DNA of 64,000 bases from an uncultured Bifidobacteriaceae bacterium (GCA_964618545.1 CAZUBG010000001.1:2885-66884); one strand, 5' to 3'; positions 20,060 through 29,108 are shown, numbered from the stretch's first letter. Numbers and translations: made by a program. Notes: generated from the sequence alone by a model not told the origin.

Positions 20060-21442
20060 TCAAAAATGGTCCGGCGTCCGTTTTAAAAACTGGCCGCGTC
20101 CGGGTTGGCCCACAAATTTTCCCCCGCGCACGACCACCTGGCCGCGCACTGTCACGGTCTCCGGGCGGCCCTCCACAGGCCAGCCTTCAAACGCGCTGTA
20201 ATCCACGTTCATGCTCTGGGTTTTCACAGAAAGCGTCCCGCGATATTCAGGGTCGAACACCACCACATCGGCATCCGCGCCGGGTTGGATGGCGCCTTTG
20301 CGCGGGAACAGGCCGAACAGCTTCGCCACCTGGGTGCTCGCGCTGTTCACCATCGTGTGCAGGTCAATCTTGCCGGTCTTCACCCCATAAGTGTAAAGCA
20401 GCTTGATGCGTTCTTCCAGGGAGGGAATGCCATTGGGGATTTTGGTGAAATCATTGCGCCCCAGGGTCTTTTGCGTTTTGAAATCAAACGGCGCATGGTC
20501 GGTGGCCACGGTTTGAATCAGACCGTCGCGCAGGCCGTTCCACAAAACTTCATGGTTCCGGCGGTCGCGCAACGGCGGGGACATCACAAATTTTGCGCCC
20601 TCAAAATCAGGCCGTTCGGCGTGGGTCTTGTCGAGCGTGAGATGTTGAATCAGGGTTTCCACCGCCACCCGCACCCCGCGCTGGCGGGCGGCCATGGCTT
20701 CCGCCAGGGCTTCCTGACAGCTCAGGTGGACAATGTAGGTGGCCGCCCCGGTGAGTTCGGCGAACGTCATCAGATGATGCACCCCCTCGGCCTCCACACC
20801 AGGCGGCCGGCTTTCGTGATGTTCACCGGGACCAGTGCGTCCGGCGGCCAGCAATTCGCGGGAGCGCTCGGTCACCAGGGTTTCATTTTCGCAATGGACG
20901 GCGACAATCACGCCGAGTTCCTTCGCCAGTTTGAGCGCACGATACAGTTCGGTGTCGTCAATGCCAAACGCGCCCTTGTACGCCAGGAAAATCTTGAAGG
21001 AACTGATGCCGCGCCGGACGATCTCGCGGAGTTGGGCGCCGGTCTGCTCGTCAAAGCGGGTCACGCCCATGTGAAAGGTGAAATCACAGGCGGAGTGGCC
21101 GGCGGCCTTGCCCATCCACAGTTCAAAGCCGGCCAGGGCGTCGTCCTGCCGGGGCGGACAGCACATCTCGATCAGGGTGGTGGTGCCCCCCAAAAGTGCG
21201 GCCCGGCTGCCCGTCTCGAAGGTGTCCTTGGCAAACGTGCCCATGAACGCCATGTAAATATGCACATGCGGATCAATAAAACCGGGGAAGACATATTTCC
21301 CGGTGGCGTCAATGACCTCCGTCCCCGGCGGCGGCGCGATGTCGCGCGCAATGCGGGTGATGGTTTCGTTTTCGCAATAGATGTCAGCGGTGTAACGTGA
21401 ATCGGCGGTGACAATTTCGCCATCTTTAATTAGCAGGCTCAT
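20060..21442 (-). CDS. dihydropyrimidinase / D-hydantoinase (cyclic amidohydrolase)
   Basis: 460 aa. FPGFIDPHVHIYMAFMGT metal-binding motif, GGTTTLIEM, VAVHCEN and VATDHAPF, all typical of D-hydantoinases. Confidence 0.9.
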   Translation of the reverse strand: MSLLIKDGEIVTADSRYTADIYCENETITRIARDIAPPPGTEVIDATGKYVFPGFIDPHVHIYMAFMGTFAKDTFETGSRAALLGGTTTLIEMCCPPRQDDALAGFELWMGKAAGHSACDFTFHMGVTRFDEQTGAQLREIVRRGISSFKIFLAYKGAFGIDDTELYRALKLAKELGVIVAVHCENETLVTERSRELLAAGRTGPGEHHESRPPGVEAEGVHHLMTFAELTGAATYIVHLSCQEALAEAMAARQRGVRVAVETLIQHLTLDKTHAERPDFEGAKFVMSPPLRDRRNHEVLWNGLRDGLIQTVATDHAPFDFKTQKTLGRNDFTKIPNGIPSLEERIKLLYTYGVKTGKIDLHTMVNSASTQVAKLFGLFPRKGAIQPGADADVVVFDPEYRGTLSVKTQSMNVDYSAFEGWPVEGRPETVTVRGQVVVRGGKFVGQPGRGQFLKRTPDHF

Positions 21443-21535
21443 TTTCTATAAAAATCAAATTCCAAAATACAAAATCCAGGGAAAAATCAAATTCCAAACT
21501 CCAAGCTTGAATTTTGGACTTTCGATTTTGATCCT
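21441..21535. repeat. A/T-rich TCCAA/TTGGA-type imperfect hairpin element between two co-oriented genes
   Basis: aaaatcaaattccaaaatacaaaatccagggaaaaatcaaattccaaactccaagcttgaattttggactttcgattttgat. The two halves are imperfect reverse complements around aagctt. Confidence 0.5.
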
Positions 21536-22639
21536 TCATTGTTGTGAGAGTTCGTCCGTTTGTCTGACCAACTCATCCCCTTTCCAGTCCCCATCCTTCA
21601 TCCCAATTCGCGCCGCCTTGCGTTCCGCCTGCCGCCTCACCAAATCCGCATGCGTCGTCATGTAATCCAAACTCCGTCCCTTGAAATCGGCCGGCGTCTC
21701 GAATTGGTGTTTGGCCATGAAGGCGAGCAGGGCTTCCTTCATGGGCTTGACACATTCGTAGCCGTGCTTCATCACCCCGGTGCAGACTTGCACCGTGTCC
21801 GCGCCGAGCAGGATAAATTGCGCGGCGTCCGCACCGGTTTCAATGCCCCCCAGACCGGAGAGGGAGCGGTCCGGAAATTCCCGGCGCATCATGGTCGCCA
21901 CTTCCATCACCATGCGCAGGGCGATGGGCCGGATGGCCTGGCTCGAATAACCGCCGGCGGTGCTGTAACCCTCCACGGTGGGTTCGGGGCGCAGGGTGTC
22001 CAGGTTCACCCCCATCACGCAGCGGATCGTGTTGATGGCGCTGATCCCGCTGGCCCCTCCGCGCAACGCCGCGCGGCTGGGGTCTTCAATGTGGGTGATG
22101 TTGGGCGTCATCTTCGCCCAGAACGGTTTCCGGGTGGCGGCTTTCACCCAGCCGCAAACGGTTTCGAGAATCTCCGGGTCTTCTCCCATGGCCGAGCCCA
22201 TCTTGCGTTCGGTCAGGCCGTGCGGGCAGGAAAAGTTCAGCTCAAACCCGTCCACGCCCGCAGCCTCGCAGCGCTGGATGATTTCGATCCAGGCATCCTT
22301 GCGATATTCCTCCATCACGGAGGCCAGCAGCACGCCCTGGGGGAACCGGGCCTTGCAGAGCTTAAACTCCTCCTCCCAAATTTTCAGCGGGCGGTCGCTG
22401 ATCAGCTCGAGGTTTTCCCAGCCAACGACATCGCCCTGCCCGGACAACAACTTCGCATAGCGCGGGGTGACATTAATGACTTTCGCGGCGTCCAGGCTCA
22501 CCGTCTTGGCAATGACGGCGCCCCAGCCCTCCTGAAACGCCCGGGTGATCACGTTCAGGTTCGTCCCCGGCGGACCCGAGGCGATGACAAACGGATTGGG
22601 CAGCGCCAGCCCGTCAATATGTGTGGCTAATGTCGGCAT
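21536..22639 (-). CDS. dihydroorotate/dihydropyrimidine dehydrogenase family protein (PreA-like catalytic domain, no ferredoxin tail)
   Basis: LALPNPFVIASGPPGTN, FELNFSCPHG and GGIETGADAAQFILLGADTVQVCT motifs of class-1 DHOD/DPD flavoenzymes. The C-terminus has no Cys clusters. The ATG at 22637-22639 is preferred over the TTG at 22717. Confidence 0.75.
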   Translation of the reverse strand: MPTLATHIDGLALPNPFVIASGPPGTNLNVITRAFQEGWGAVIAKTVSLDAAKVINVTPRYAKLLSGQGDVVGWENLELISDRPLKIWEEEFKLCKARFPQGVLLASVMEEYRKDAWIEIIQRCEAAGVDGFELNFSCPHGLTERKMGSAMGEDPEILETVCGWVKAATRKPFWAKMTPNITHIEDPSRAALRGGASGISAINTIRCVMGVNLDTLRPEPTVEGYSTAGGYSSQAIRPIALRMVMEVATMMRREFPDRSLSGLGGIETGADAAQFILLGADTVQVCTGVMKHGYECVKPMKEALLAFMAKHQFETPADFKGRSLDYMTTHADLVRRQAERKAARIGMKDGDWKGDELVRQTDELSQQ

Positions 22640-22848
22640 AAATTTTTCCCGAACGCGGCGGAGCGCCGGCTTGCGGCCGGCTTTGGACATCCCTGCCGGC
22701 GGCGGCGTTCTCATCAACCAAAGCTCATCTCCGGCGATCTCCTGACACAGACCGGAGCGCGGCGCTCACGCCGCTTCAACGTCCAAACGCGGGCAGCCCA
22801 ATTAGCCAGTCCTGCCCGCCCGTGGCAGGAAGCGGCCCCGGCGCAAAA

Positions 22849-22985
22849 CGAAGTTGTTGGCGTTTTTCAGGCCGAAGGCATTTGGGAGTGCGGCCACACG
22901 TCGCCGCTTTTGGACGAGACGACACGTCGTCGAGTTCCAAAGCGCGCACCTGTCCGATCTCACCAACCACTTCGGCATGCACGGG
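22849..22985. repeat. interspersed repeat, copy 1 ('AATCRRTPK'-type element)
   Basis: cgaagttgttggcgtttttcaggccgaaggcatttgggagtgcggccacacgtcgccgcttttggacgagacgacacgtcgtcgagtt... is near-identical to the two halves of the copy at 25626..25975. Confidence 0.75.
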
Positions 22986-23061
22986 GGCGCCCGTTTTTTA
23001 TTTTTAACTCGCTTTCGTGGCCATGGCGATAATATTTTCAATCTATCGGGGAAAGATCATC

Positions 23062-24321
23062 ATGATACACAGAAATGCTTCGGTGAATCCGCCGCGGACC
23101 ATTGCCGAATTAAAGGAATTACGGGCGTTGACGGGAAATGAACAGGGCGCACAACGGGTGGCGTTTACGCCGGTTTGGGTCCAAGCCGGCCAGTGGCTGC
23201 GGCAAAAACTCGCCGGCCTGCCGGTGGAAATCCACACCGACGCCGCCGGTAATTTCTGGGCGACGCTGCCGGGCGAATCCGAACGCGCGCTGCTGCTGGG
23301 CGGCCACCTGGACTCCGTGCCCAACGGCGGCTGGCTGGATGGCTGCCTGAACGTGCTCGCGGGCGTCGAGGTCTTGCGGCGCATCCATGACCAATACCAG
23401 GGCCGTCCGCCGGTCACCGTGCGGCTGGTGGGCTGGGCGGATGAAGAGGGGGCGCGCTTTGGCAAAAGCCTGTTTGGCTCCTCCGCCTGTTCCGGCCACC
23501 TTAATCTGGACGAGGCGCGCGGGCTGCGGGATCGGGACGGGACATCGTTGCCCGAGGCGTTGCGGACCGTCGGGGTGGATTTTGAACGGGTCAGGGAAAG
23601 CGGCGCGGAACTTAAGAACGCGGCGGCTTATTTGGAGCTGCACATTGAGCAGGGACCCGTGTTGCTCGACTTGGATTTGCCCCTGGGCGCGGTCCTGGGC
23701 ACGTTCGGCGTGGAGCGGCACGCCCTCACCTTTCACGGTCAGGCGGCGCACTCCGGCAGCACCCCGATGAACCGGCGCCGGGACGCCCTGCTGGCCGCCG
23801 CCAAAATGTGCCTTGAGATATACGACATTGCCGCGCGCAGCCAGGGCGGCGTCTGCACCATCGGCTCCTGCACCACCCAGCCCGGGGTGGTCACCAGCGT
23901 GGTGGAAACATGCCGTCTGACCCTTGACCAGCGCCATTTGAACCCGGCGGCGCTCGCGCGCATGCTGGCGGAAGCCCGGGCCGCCAGTGAACGTTTCGCC
24001 GCCGGGGGCGGCGTCACGGTCACCTGGGAACGCCTGCAGCAAATCGCCCCGCTGCCATTCCATGAAGAGTTGATCGCGCTGACCGATGAAGCCATCCGCG
24101 AGACCTGCGGAAAGACACACCGTCTGCCCTCCGGTCCGCTGCATGACGCCGCCGAAATGGCGCGCGCCGGCGTGCCGACGGCGATGATGTTTGTGCAAAG
24201 CCTGCGCGGCCTCAGCCACAATCCGCTGGAGGACACCCGCGAGGAACATTTGGAATTATGCGTGAAAGCGTTTGACAGGCTGGCCGACAAAACGATGCAG
24301 TGGATGCAACCGGTCCACTGA
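23062..24321 (+). CDS. M20-family Zn amidase of the hydantoinase/carbamoylase group (allantoate amidohydrolase or N-carbamoyl-amino-acid/beta-alanine amidohydrolase)
   Basis: LLLGGHLDSVPNGGWLDG, WADEEGARFG and LELHIEQGPVL motifs. The ATG at 23062 (MIHRNASVNPPRTIAELKEL) is preferred over the start of the track ORF. Confidence 0.85.
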   Translation: MIHRNASVNPPRTIAELKELRALTGNEQGAQRVAFTPVWVQAGQWLRQKLAGLPVEIHTDAAGNFWATLPGESERALLLGGHLDSVPNGGWLDGCLNVLAGVEVLRRIHDQYQGRPPVTVRLVGWADEEGARFGKSLFGSSACSGHLNLDEARGLRDRDGTSLPEALRTVGVDFERVRESGAELKNAAAYLELHIEQGPVLLDLDLPLGAVLGTFGVERHALTFHGQAAHSGSTPMNRRRDALLAAAKMCLEIYDIAARSQGGVCTIGSCTTQPGVVTSVVETCRLTLDQRHLNPAALARMLAEARAASERFAAGGGVTVTWERLQQIAPLPFHEELIALTDEAIRETCGKTHRLPSGPLHDAAEMARAGVPTAMMFVQSLRGLSHNPLEDTREEHLELCVKAFDRLADKTMQWMQPVH

Positions 24322-24365
24322 ATTTCGAGCCTGACAAATGCGGTCCTGTGGATCAAAGTCCAAAC

Positions 24366-24635
24366 ATGCGTGCGATGGTAAGCATAAAGGCCATGAATGG
24401 TCTGAGCGAAGCGCAAAGGCGGCGGGCTCTCCGGCTTCAGACGCAGATCCAAACCATGGCCGCCGAGTTGGAAACGATCTTGCCTGAGTCCGCAGTCCAA
24501 CCCGAAGTCGTGGAATTGCATGACCGGAAAATGGGTGAAGCCCAGGCTGCGGATCTGCAGGTCAGACTGAAAACTTTCTCCGAGGACTGGGACCGGCCCG
24601 AGGCTGACATTTATGATCAATCCCCGGCGCGGTGA
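24366..24635 (+). CDS. putative antitoxin-like small protein
   Basis: 89 aa ending ...FSEDWDRPEADIYDQSPAR. Its stop overlaps the start of a MazF/PemK-like fragment. Assigned by position only. Confidence 0.4.
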   Translation: MRAMVSIKAMNGLSEAQRRRALRLQTQIQTMAAELETILPESAVQPEVVELHDRKMGEAQAADLQVRLKTFSEDWDRPEADIYDQSPAR

Positions 24636-24717
24636 TGTGGTGCTGGTGCTGTTTCCCAATTCCGACCTCAAGACGGCCAAACGACGCCCGGCTTTGATGC
24701 TTCAGCGGGATAATTAA
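24613..24717 (+). pseudogene. N-terminal remnant of a PemK/MazF-family toxin gene
   Basis: My own translation is MINPRRGDVVLVLFPNSDLKTAKRRPALMLQRDN*. This matches the conserved start of PemK/MazF toxins (RGDVVLVxFP...KxRPALVL) but stops after 34 codons, where ~110 are expected. Confidence 0.6.
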
Positions 24718-24722
24718 CCCTC

Positions 24723-25478
24723 TCACGCCATCGGGTCGCGGTTGGCGTCCTTGTAGAAAATGTAGCTGGCCGGGGTTTTGCCCATCGCCACAAACCACTG
24801 CGGACAATACGGGGCCATCCAAATGGTGTCGCCGGCTTTCACAGGATGATGGTCGGCATCCAAACGAAACACGCCCTGACCCCGGAGCATCAGGAGGCCG
24901 TGTTCCATCACATGGGACTCCACAAAAGGCAGCGGCGCGCCGGGCTGGCAGGTCAGAATGTTCACGGCCAGATCGTACTCCGGTTCATCCGGCACCAGGC
25001 GTTGCAGGCGGATGTCGGCATCACCGGCCAGTGGTTCACCCTTGATCTCACGCTCGTGGGCGATGATCGGACGGGGTGCCTCCACGCCGCCCACCGGCTC
25101 GTAAATTTTCTGAAAAATCAAGACCGACAGGCTGGTGCCGCCGCTCTTGATCTGCATATCCCGGCCCGGCGGCACAAAGACAAAGCTGCCCGCCTCCAAC
25201 CGGTGGCGTTTGATGTCCAACAGGATGCTTCCGCTGCCTTCGAGCACAAAAATGAAAAACTCATGCGCGCCGGTGTTGCCTTCGCCAGTTCCGTCTTTGC
25301 CGAGGTTGATTTGCAATTGAACGAAGCGCGCCCCCATGGCCGGTGAGATGTTCACCACCGCCCGGACATTTTTCCAGCCCGGCAGGTGGCTCGGCACATG
25401 GCCGTCCTGGGTGAGCAGGGCATAGCGCCCCTTGACCACCGTCCGCGAAGATCCAAATAATTCAGCCATAGGGTTCAA
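24723..25478 (-). CDS. allE: bicupin (S)-ureidoglycine aminohydrolase-like protein (YlbA/AllE family)
   Basis: 251 aa with two cupin barrels. Collinear with what I recall of E. coli YlbA, including the tail ...SYIFYKDANRDP (YlbA: SYIYSKDCNRD). Confidence 0.7.
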   Translation of the reverse strand: MNPMAELFGSSRTVVKGRYALLTQDGHVPSHLPGWKNVRAVVNISPAMGARFVQLQINLGKDGTGEGNTGAHEFFIFVLEGSGSILLDIKRHRLEAGSFVFVPPGRDMQIKSGGTSLSVLIFQKIYEPVGGVEAPRPIIAHEREIKGEPLAGDADIRLQRLVPDEPEYDLAVNILTCQPGAPLPFVESHVMEHGLLMLRGQGVFRLDADHHPVKAGDTIWMAPYCPQWFVAMGKTPASYIFYKDANRDPMA

Positions 25479-25625
25479 CCATCAACGCTGCATGCATTTG
25501 ATAGGGCCTGATGGCAGCGCAACCATCCGGCCGTACTTAAACTCAGTTAATTCGTCTCCAGCATGGTCGGCCCGGCGGCGTCCGTCAAGTTTCCCGGAAA
25601 GCGGCGGTCGGCCTTGCGGCCATCA

Positions 25626-25975
25626 CGAAGTTGTTGGCATTTTTCAGGCCGAAGGCATTGGGAAGTGCGGCGACACGTCCTGCACCTCATCGGCATTTCA
25701 TGTCTTTCATATCCGACGGCGGGGCCGAGGCGGTTTTTTCGTACCGCAGGCTTCCAAGCCTGCCGTATCGCGGGTTTCCCAACCCGCAGACCCTTCGCCA
25801 ACCTGGCGCGCCCGCCCCACGGACAGGCCCGCCGAATGGGATAACGGCCATCCGCCCGCACAAGCTGCCTGTCAGTTGCAGGACACCTCGCCACTTTTGG
25901 ACGAGACGACACGTCGTCGAGTTTAAACCAACACACTGGTCCGGCCTCGCCATCAACTTCGGGATGCACCCCCGG
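25626..25975. repeat. interspersed repeat, copy 2, split by a ~200-bp nested insertion carrying twin hairpins
   Basis: 25626-25679 and 25890-25975 match copy 1. The insert is bracketed by gacacgtc (25672-25679) and gacacctc (25882-25889). It contains the hairpins caggct-tcca-agcctg (25747-25762) and gcgggtt-tccc-aacccgc (25770-25787). Confidence 0.75.
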
Positions 25976-26192
25976 CCTTATCCTTCCCAGCCCCGGCGGG
26001 GCGGAATGCCACCTCCAGGCCACCTCCCCGGCTGCGAGGCTTGGAGTTTGATTTTTCCACCGGAGCAGGTGCGCTTCATGCCAGGTTGTAATGGGACACC
26101 GCCCTCCGTGGTCTCATACAAATATATGAGGCCCAAACCAGCCAAAGACAGTTGACGCGGTCTCGTTTCAATCCCATGCTTTTTATCAAACC

Positions 26193-27512
26193 ATGATTGG
26201 CAAATTCATTCTCGGCCTGACTTTAATCATCGCCTGTGGCTCCTCACTGGCGGCGGACGACCAAACCTTTAATGTCCGCAAGTACGGTGCCAAAGGCGAT
26301 GGCCAGACCAAGGACACCGCCGCCCTTCAGCGTGCGTTGGACGCCTGCGCCACCAACGGCGGCGGCACCGTCATCATCCCGGAGGGCGTTTATCTCACCG
26401 GCAGCCTCCTGCTCGGCTCACACACCTCCTTGGAACTGCAGAAAAAGTCTTGTCTCGTCGGCAGCCCGGACATCGCCGATTATCCCCTCCAACAGGTCCG
26501 TTGGGAGGGTGAATTCCGCGGCGGCCACCGCGCCCTGCTGTCCGCCACCCAGACCGACCACCTCGCCATTACGGGCCCGGGTGTCATCTTTGGCCCCCCC
26601 ATCAACATCAGCAATTTGCGCAATCCGCGCGGACCGGTCCTGATTGAGCTGACCGATTGCACCAACACCGTCCTTGAAAACTTCACCACCCAATACGAGC
26701 GACTCTGGTCCATCCACCTCCTCTTCTGCCAGAACCTCACCGTCAACGGACTGATCATCCGCACCGTCAGCGACAACGGCGACGGCATTGACGTGGATTC
26801 CTGCCGCGACATCCTCATTGAACACACCACCATTGACACCGGCGATGACGCCATCTCCCTCAAATCCGGCCGCGGCCTCGCCGCCGAACAACTCGGCCGT
26901 CCCACCGAAAACATCACCATTCGCGACTGTTCCCTCAACAGCAGCATTGATGCCGGCCTCGGTATCGGCACCGAAATGTCCGGTGGCATCCGCAACGTCC
27001 GCTTGGAAAACTGCACCATCTCCGGCCACCAAAACGCCATCTACTTCAAAAGCCGCGACGGGCGCGGCGGTTTCATGGAAAACATCACCGGGGACAACCT
27101 CGTCATCAACGACTCGCCCACCTTCATCGGCATTGATCTCCTCAAAAAGGGCATCCAGGCCACCGATCCCGTCCCGGGCGATGTCGCCAAATGGTCCGTC
27201 GTCAAAAACCTCTCCTTCCGGCATGTCCAGCTCAACCACGTCGCCGAAATCGTCGCCGGCAAAAACATTCCCCCCCAGCGCATCTTGGACGGTTTGACCC
27301 TCACCGACATCGCGGGCACCTGCAGCCGGGGCATTTCACTGGCCAACATGACCAACGTAAAAATCGCCAACCTCAATGTCACCGGCTTTTACGGCCCGTT
27401 GATCAACACGGAAAATGTCAAAGGGGACGGCCTGGGCAAAGGTCAATGGGCCGCCAATCTCAGCGGCGGAAAGTCCGGGCACCGAATAGACGTCACCGCC
27501 TGTTCCAATTGA
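26193..27512 (+). CDS. glycoside hydrolase family 28 (polygalacturonase-like, right-handed beta-helix)
   Basis: Signal peptide, FNVRKYGAKGDGQTKDTAALQRALDAC, and the catalytic-region motifs NGDGIDVDS and GDDAISLKSG. Confidence 0.85.
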   Translation: MIGKFILGLTLIIACGSSLAADDQTFNVRKYGAKGDGQTKDTAALQRALDACATNGGGTVIIPEGVYLTGSLLLGSHTSLELQKKSCLVGSPDIADYPLQQVRWEGEFRGGHRALLSATQTDHLAITGPGVIFGPPINISNLRNPRGPVLIELTDCTNTVLENFTTQYERLWSIHLLFCQNLTVNGLIIRTVSDNGDGIDVDSCRDILIEHTTIDTGDDAISLKSGRGLAAEQLGRPTENITIRDCSLNSSIDAGLGIGTEMSGGIRNVRLENCTISGHQNAIYFKSRDGRGGFMENITGDNLVINDSPTFIGIDLLKKGIQATDPVPGDVAKWSVVKNLSFRHVQLNHVAEIVAGKNIPPQRILDGLTLTDIAGTCSRGISLANMTNVKIANLNVTGFYGPLINTENVKGDGLGKGQWAANLSGGKSGHRIDVTACSN

Positions 27513-27580
27513 CCGGTCGCGCCCGTGCCCGGCAAACGACCGGAGGCAGGCCGCCACCCATCCTGCTCGACTGAGAAGAA

Positions 27581-27835
27581 TCACGGAAGATCGTTCAGAA
27601 TTCGGGCCCAGCGCAGTTGCAATTCGGCGTGCAGCCAGTGCTCCTCCGCCCGATCCGCCGGACGCCCTTCCTGCTCCCACAGGTAATGGGCATAACTCGC
27701 GATTTCCTCACGCGAAACCGCCCCGGCCGGGGACCTCTCCGGCCGTCTCGCCCGTGGACGCCGGACCGTTCGCGCCTGCTGGCCTCGAAAGTTGTGCGCG
27801 GGATGCGCCATAATTTCCATGATCATTGTTAACAA
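27581..27835 (-). CDS. DUF2934 domain protein
   Basis: C-terminal EEIASYAHYLWEQEGRPADRAEEHWLHAELQL matches the DUF2934 pattern (IAxxAYxLWexxGRPxGRxxedWlxAE). The start is ambiguous (several Met codons). Confidence 0.65.
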   Translation of the reverse strand: MLTMIMEIMAHPAHNFRGQQARTVRRPRARRPERSPAGAVSREEIASYAHYLWEQEGRPADRAEEHWLHAELQLRWARILNDLP

Positions 27836-27905
27836 CGCGGGCGGGGAGAAGTTCCACCGCCCGCGTCATGCTCCTTTGGTTTGACAATCTAACGCCGCAG
27901 AAAGT

Positions 27906-28130
27906 TCATCGGCCTCCATCGGCCAAATCAACCCGGGCGGCCGACAGTGCCGACAAAAGCTCGGCGGAATCCTCCGGCCGAACGGCCGCACCAACCCCCC
28001 CCTCATGACCCGGACCGGACGCGGGAAAATTCCAGGTGCGCTGACGGTAATCAAACCGGCAATGCAGCAGGATCCGTCGGTGGCCCGACAACAGAGTTTG
28101 ACCTTGAACGAGTTTATGGTTGGCTGACAT
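27906..28130 (-). CDS. small hypothetical protein
   Basis: The internal ATG at 28128-28130 is preceded by a strong SD-like aaaggagaacaaa. No family recognised. Confidence 0.35.
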   Translation of the reverse strand: MSANHKLVQGQTLLSGHRRILLHCRFDYRQRTWNFPASGPGHEGGVGAAVRPEDSAELLSALSAARVDLADGGR

Positions 28131-28458
28131 TTTGTTCTCCTTTTGATAACTGCTTCCAGTAGCCCGGTCAGCGGCTGTGTTAATACGATAGACTGAATCG
28201 TTTATTGCATCAAATTTATGTGAACAAACGATCGTCACGTTTGATCCTATTGTTTGACTCTCCGTTGATGTTTTTAAATACGTTAATACGACTTAACATG
28301 TCGTTATTTAACCACTATTTTTTAACTCTGTCAAATGGATTCTTTAATTCTTCCCCTTCACTGGGTGCATCCGCGCCCCGGAGCGCGGCTCTGTGAGCCG
28401 CAGCGCGTGGAATTCAGTTAAAATCCTGGAATCGGCTTTTGGCTACTCTCGGCGCATC

Positions 28459-28962
28459 CTATGCTGTCGGCCATCGGCCATCGACGTTCCGGCCCCCCTT
28501 GTTGTTGGGATCATTCGTGAGTGTCAACCCATCCAGGCGCAGCGGCCGGACGGACTTGGCTTTGCCCTGCGAATTCAGAAGCCGGAGATCCGCCGGATCG
28601 TATTCCGTGCTGAAAAACCGATAATCGCCTCCGTCCACCGCCGGCTTGCCCGTGTTCGTCCAGCGAATCCGGCCATAATACCCATCCGCCCGATTTTCCA
28701 ACTTCGTCAACCAGCCATAAGCGGTCGTCTCTTTGTCGGCGTCATGCTTGAAATGCTCATGGTCAATCAGCATCTCGATCCCGTGTGACAACTGGCCGGC
28801 CTCGGCATCGGCGTTGAACCGGTTGACGATGGCCACGCAGGCTTCATCGTCAATAACCTGCACCACGCCGGCGGCGCGGTTGGGATGGTTGCCCTTCACT
28901 TCGATCTGGTACCAGCCGTCCGTGGGATGTTGAAAATCGCGGTTGAGTATTTTTGGGTTCAT
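28459..28962 (-). CDS. phage Mu gpI-like protease/scaffold family protein (prophage remnant)
   Basis: PTDGWYQIEVKG...LIDHEHFKHD...AYGWLTKLENRADGYYGRIRWTNTGKPAVDGGDYRFFSTEY matches the Mu-like prophage I protein pattern (DGW..., iDyEH, aGWi..le.r.dGLw..v.WT....i..g.YRY.SP). Confidence 0.75.
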   Translation of the reverse strand: MNPKILNRDFQHPTDGWYQIEVKGNHPNRAAGVVQVIDDEACVAIVNRFNADAEAGQLSHGIEMLIDHEHFKHDADKETTAYGWLTKLENRADGYYGRIRWTNTGKPAVDGGDYRFFSTEYDPADLRLLNSQGKAKSVRPLRLDGLTLTNDPNNKGGRNVDGRWPTA

Positions 28963-29108
28963 GGTAGGTTAGGGGTGCTGGCGGCAACCATTCGTGAGTC
29001 GCGCCACCCAAGCGACAGCAAGTGTGTAGAACGCGGGATTCGCACCCCGCCGACAACTGCCTTCTAACGGCCAACTCCGGTTGGCCGTGTTTTTTTGCCG
29101 GGGTGAGT

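Noticed and set aside
28141-28149. ttttgataa at 28141-28149 and again at 37645-37653, possible att-like direct repeats bracketing the island
   Set aside because: The match is only 9 bp of AT-rich sequence, and there is no integrase or tRNA. It is too short to distinguish from chance.
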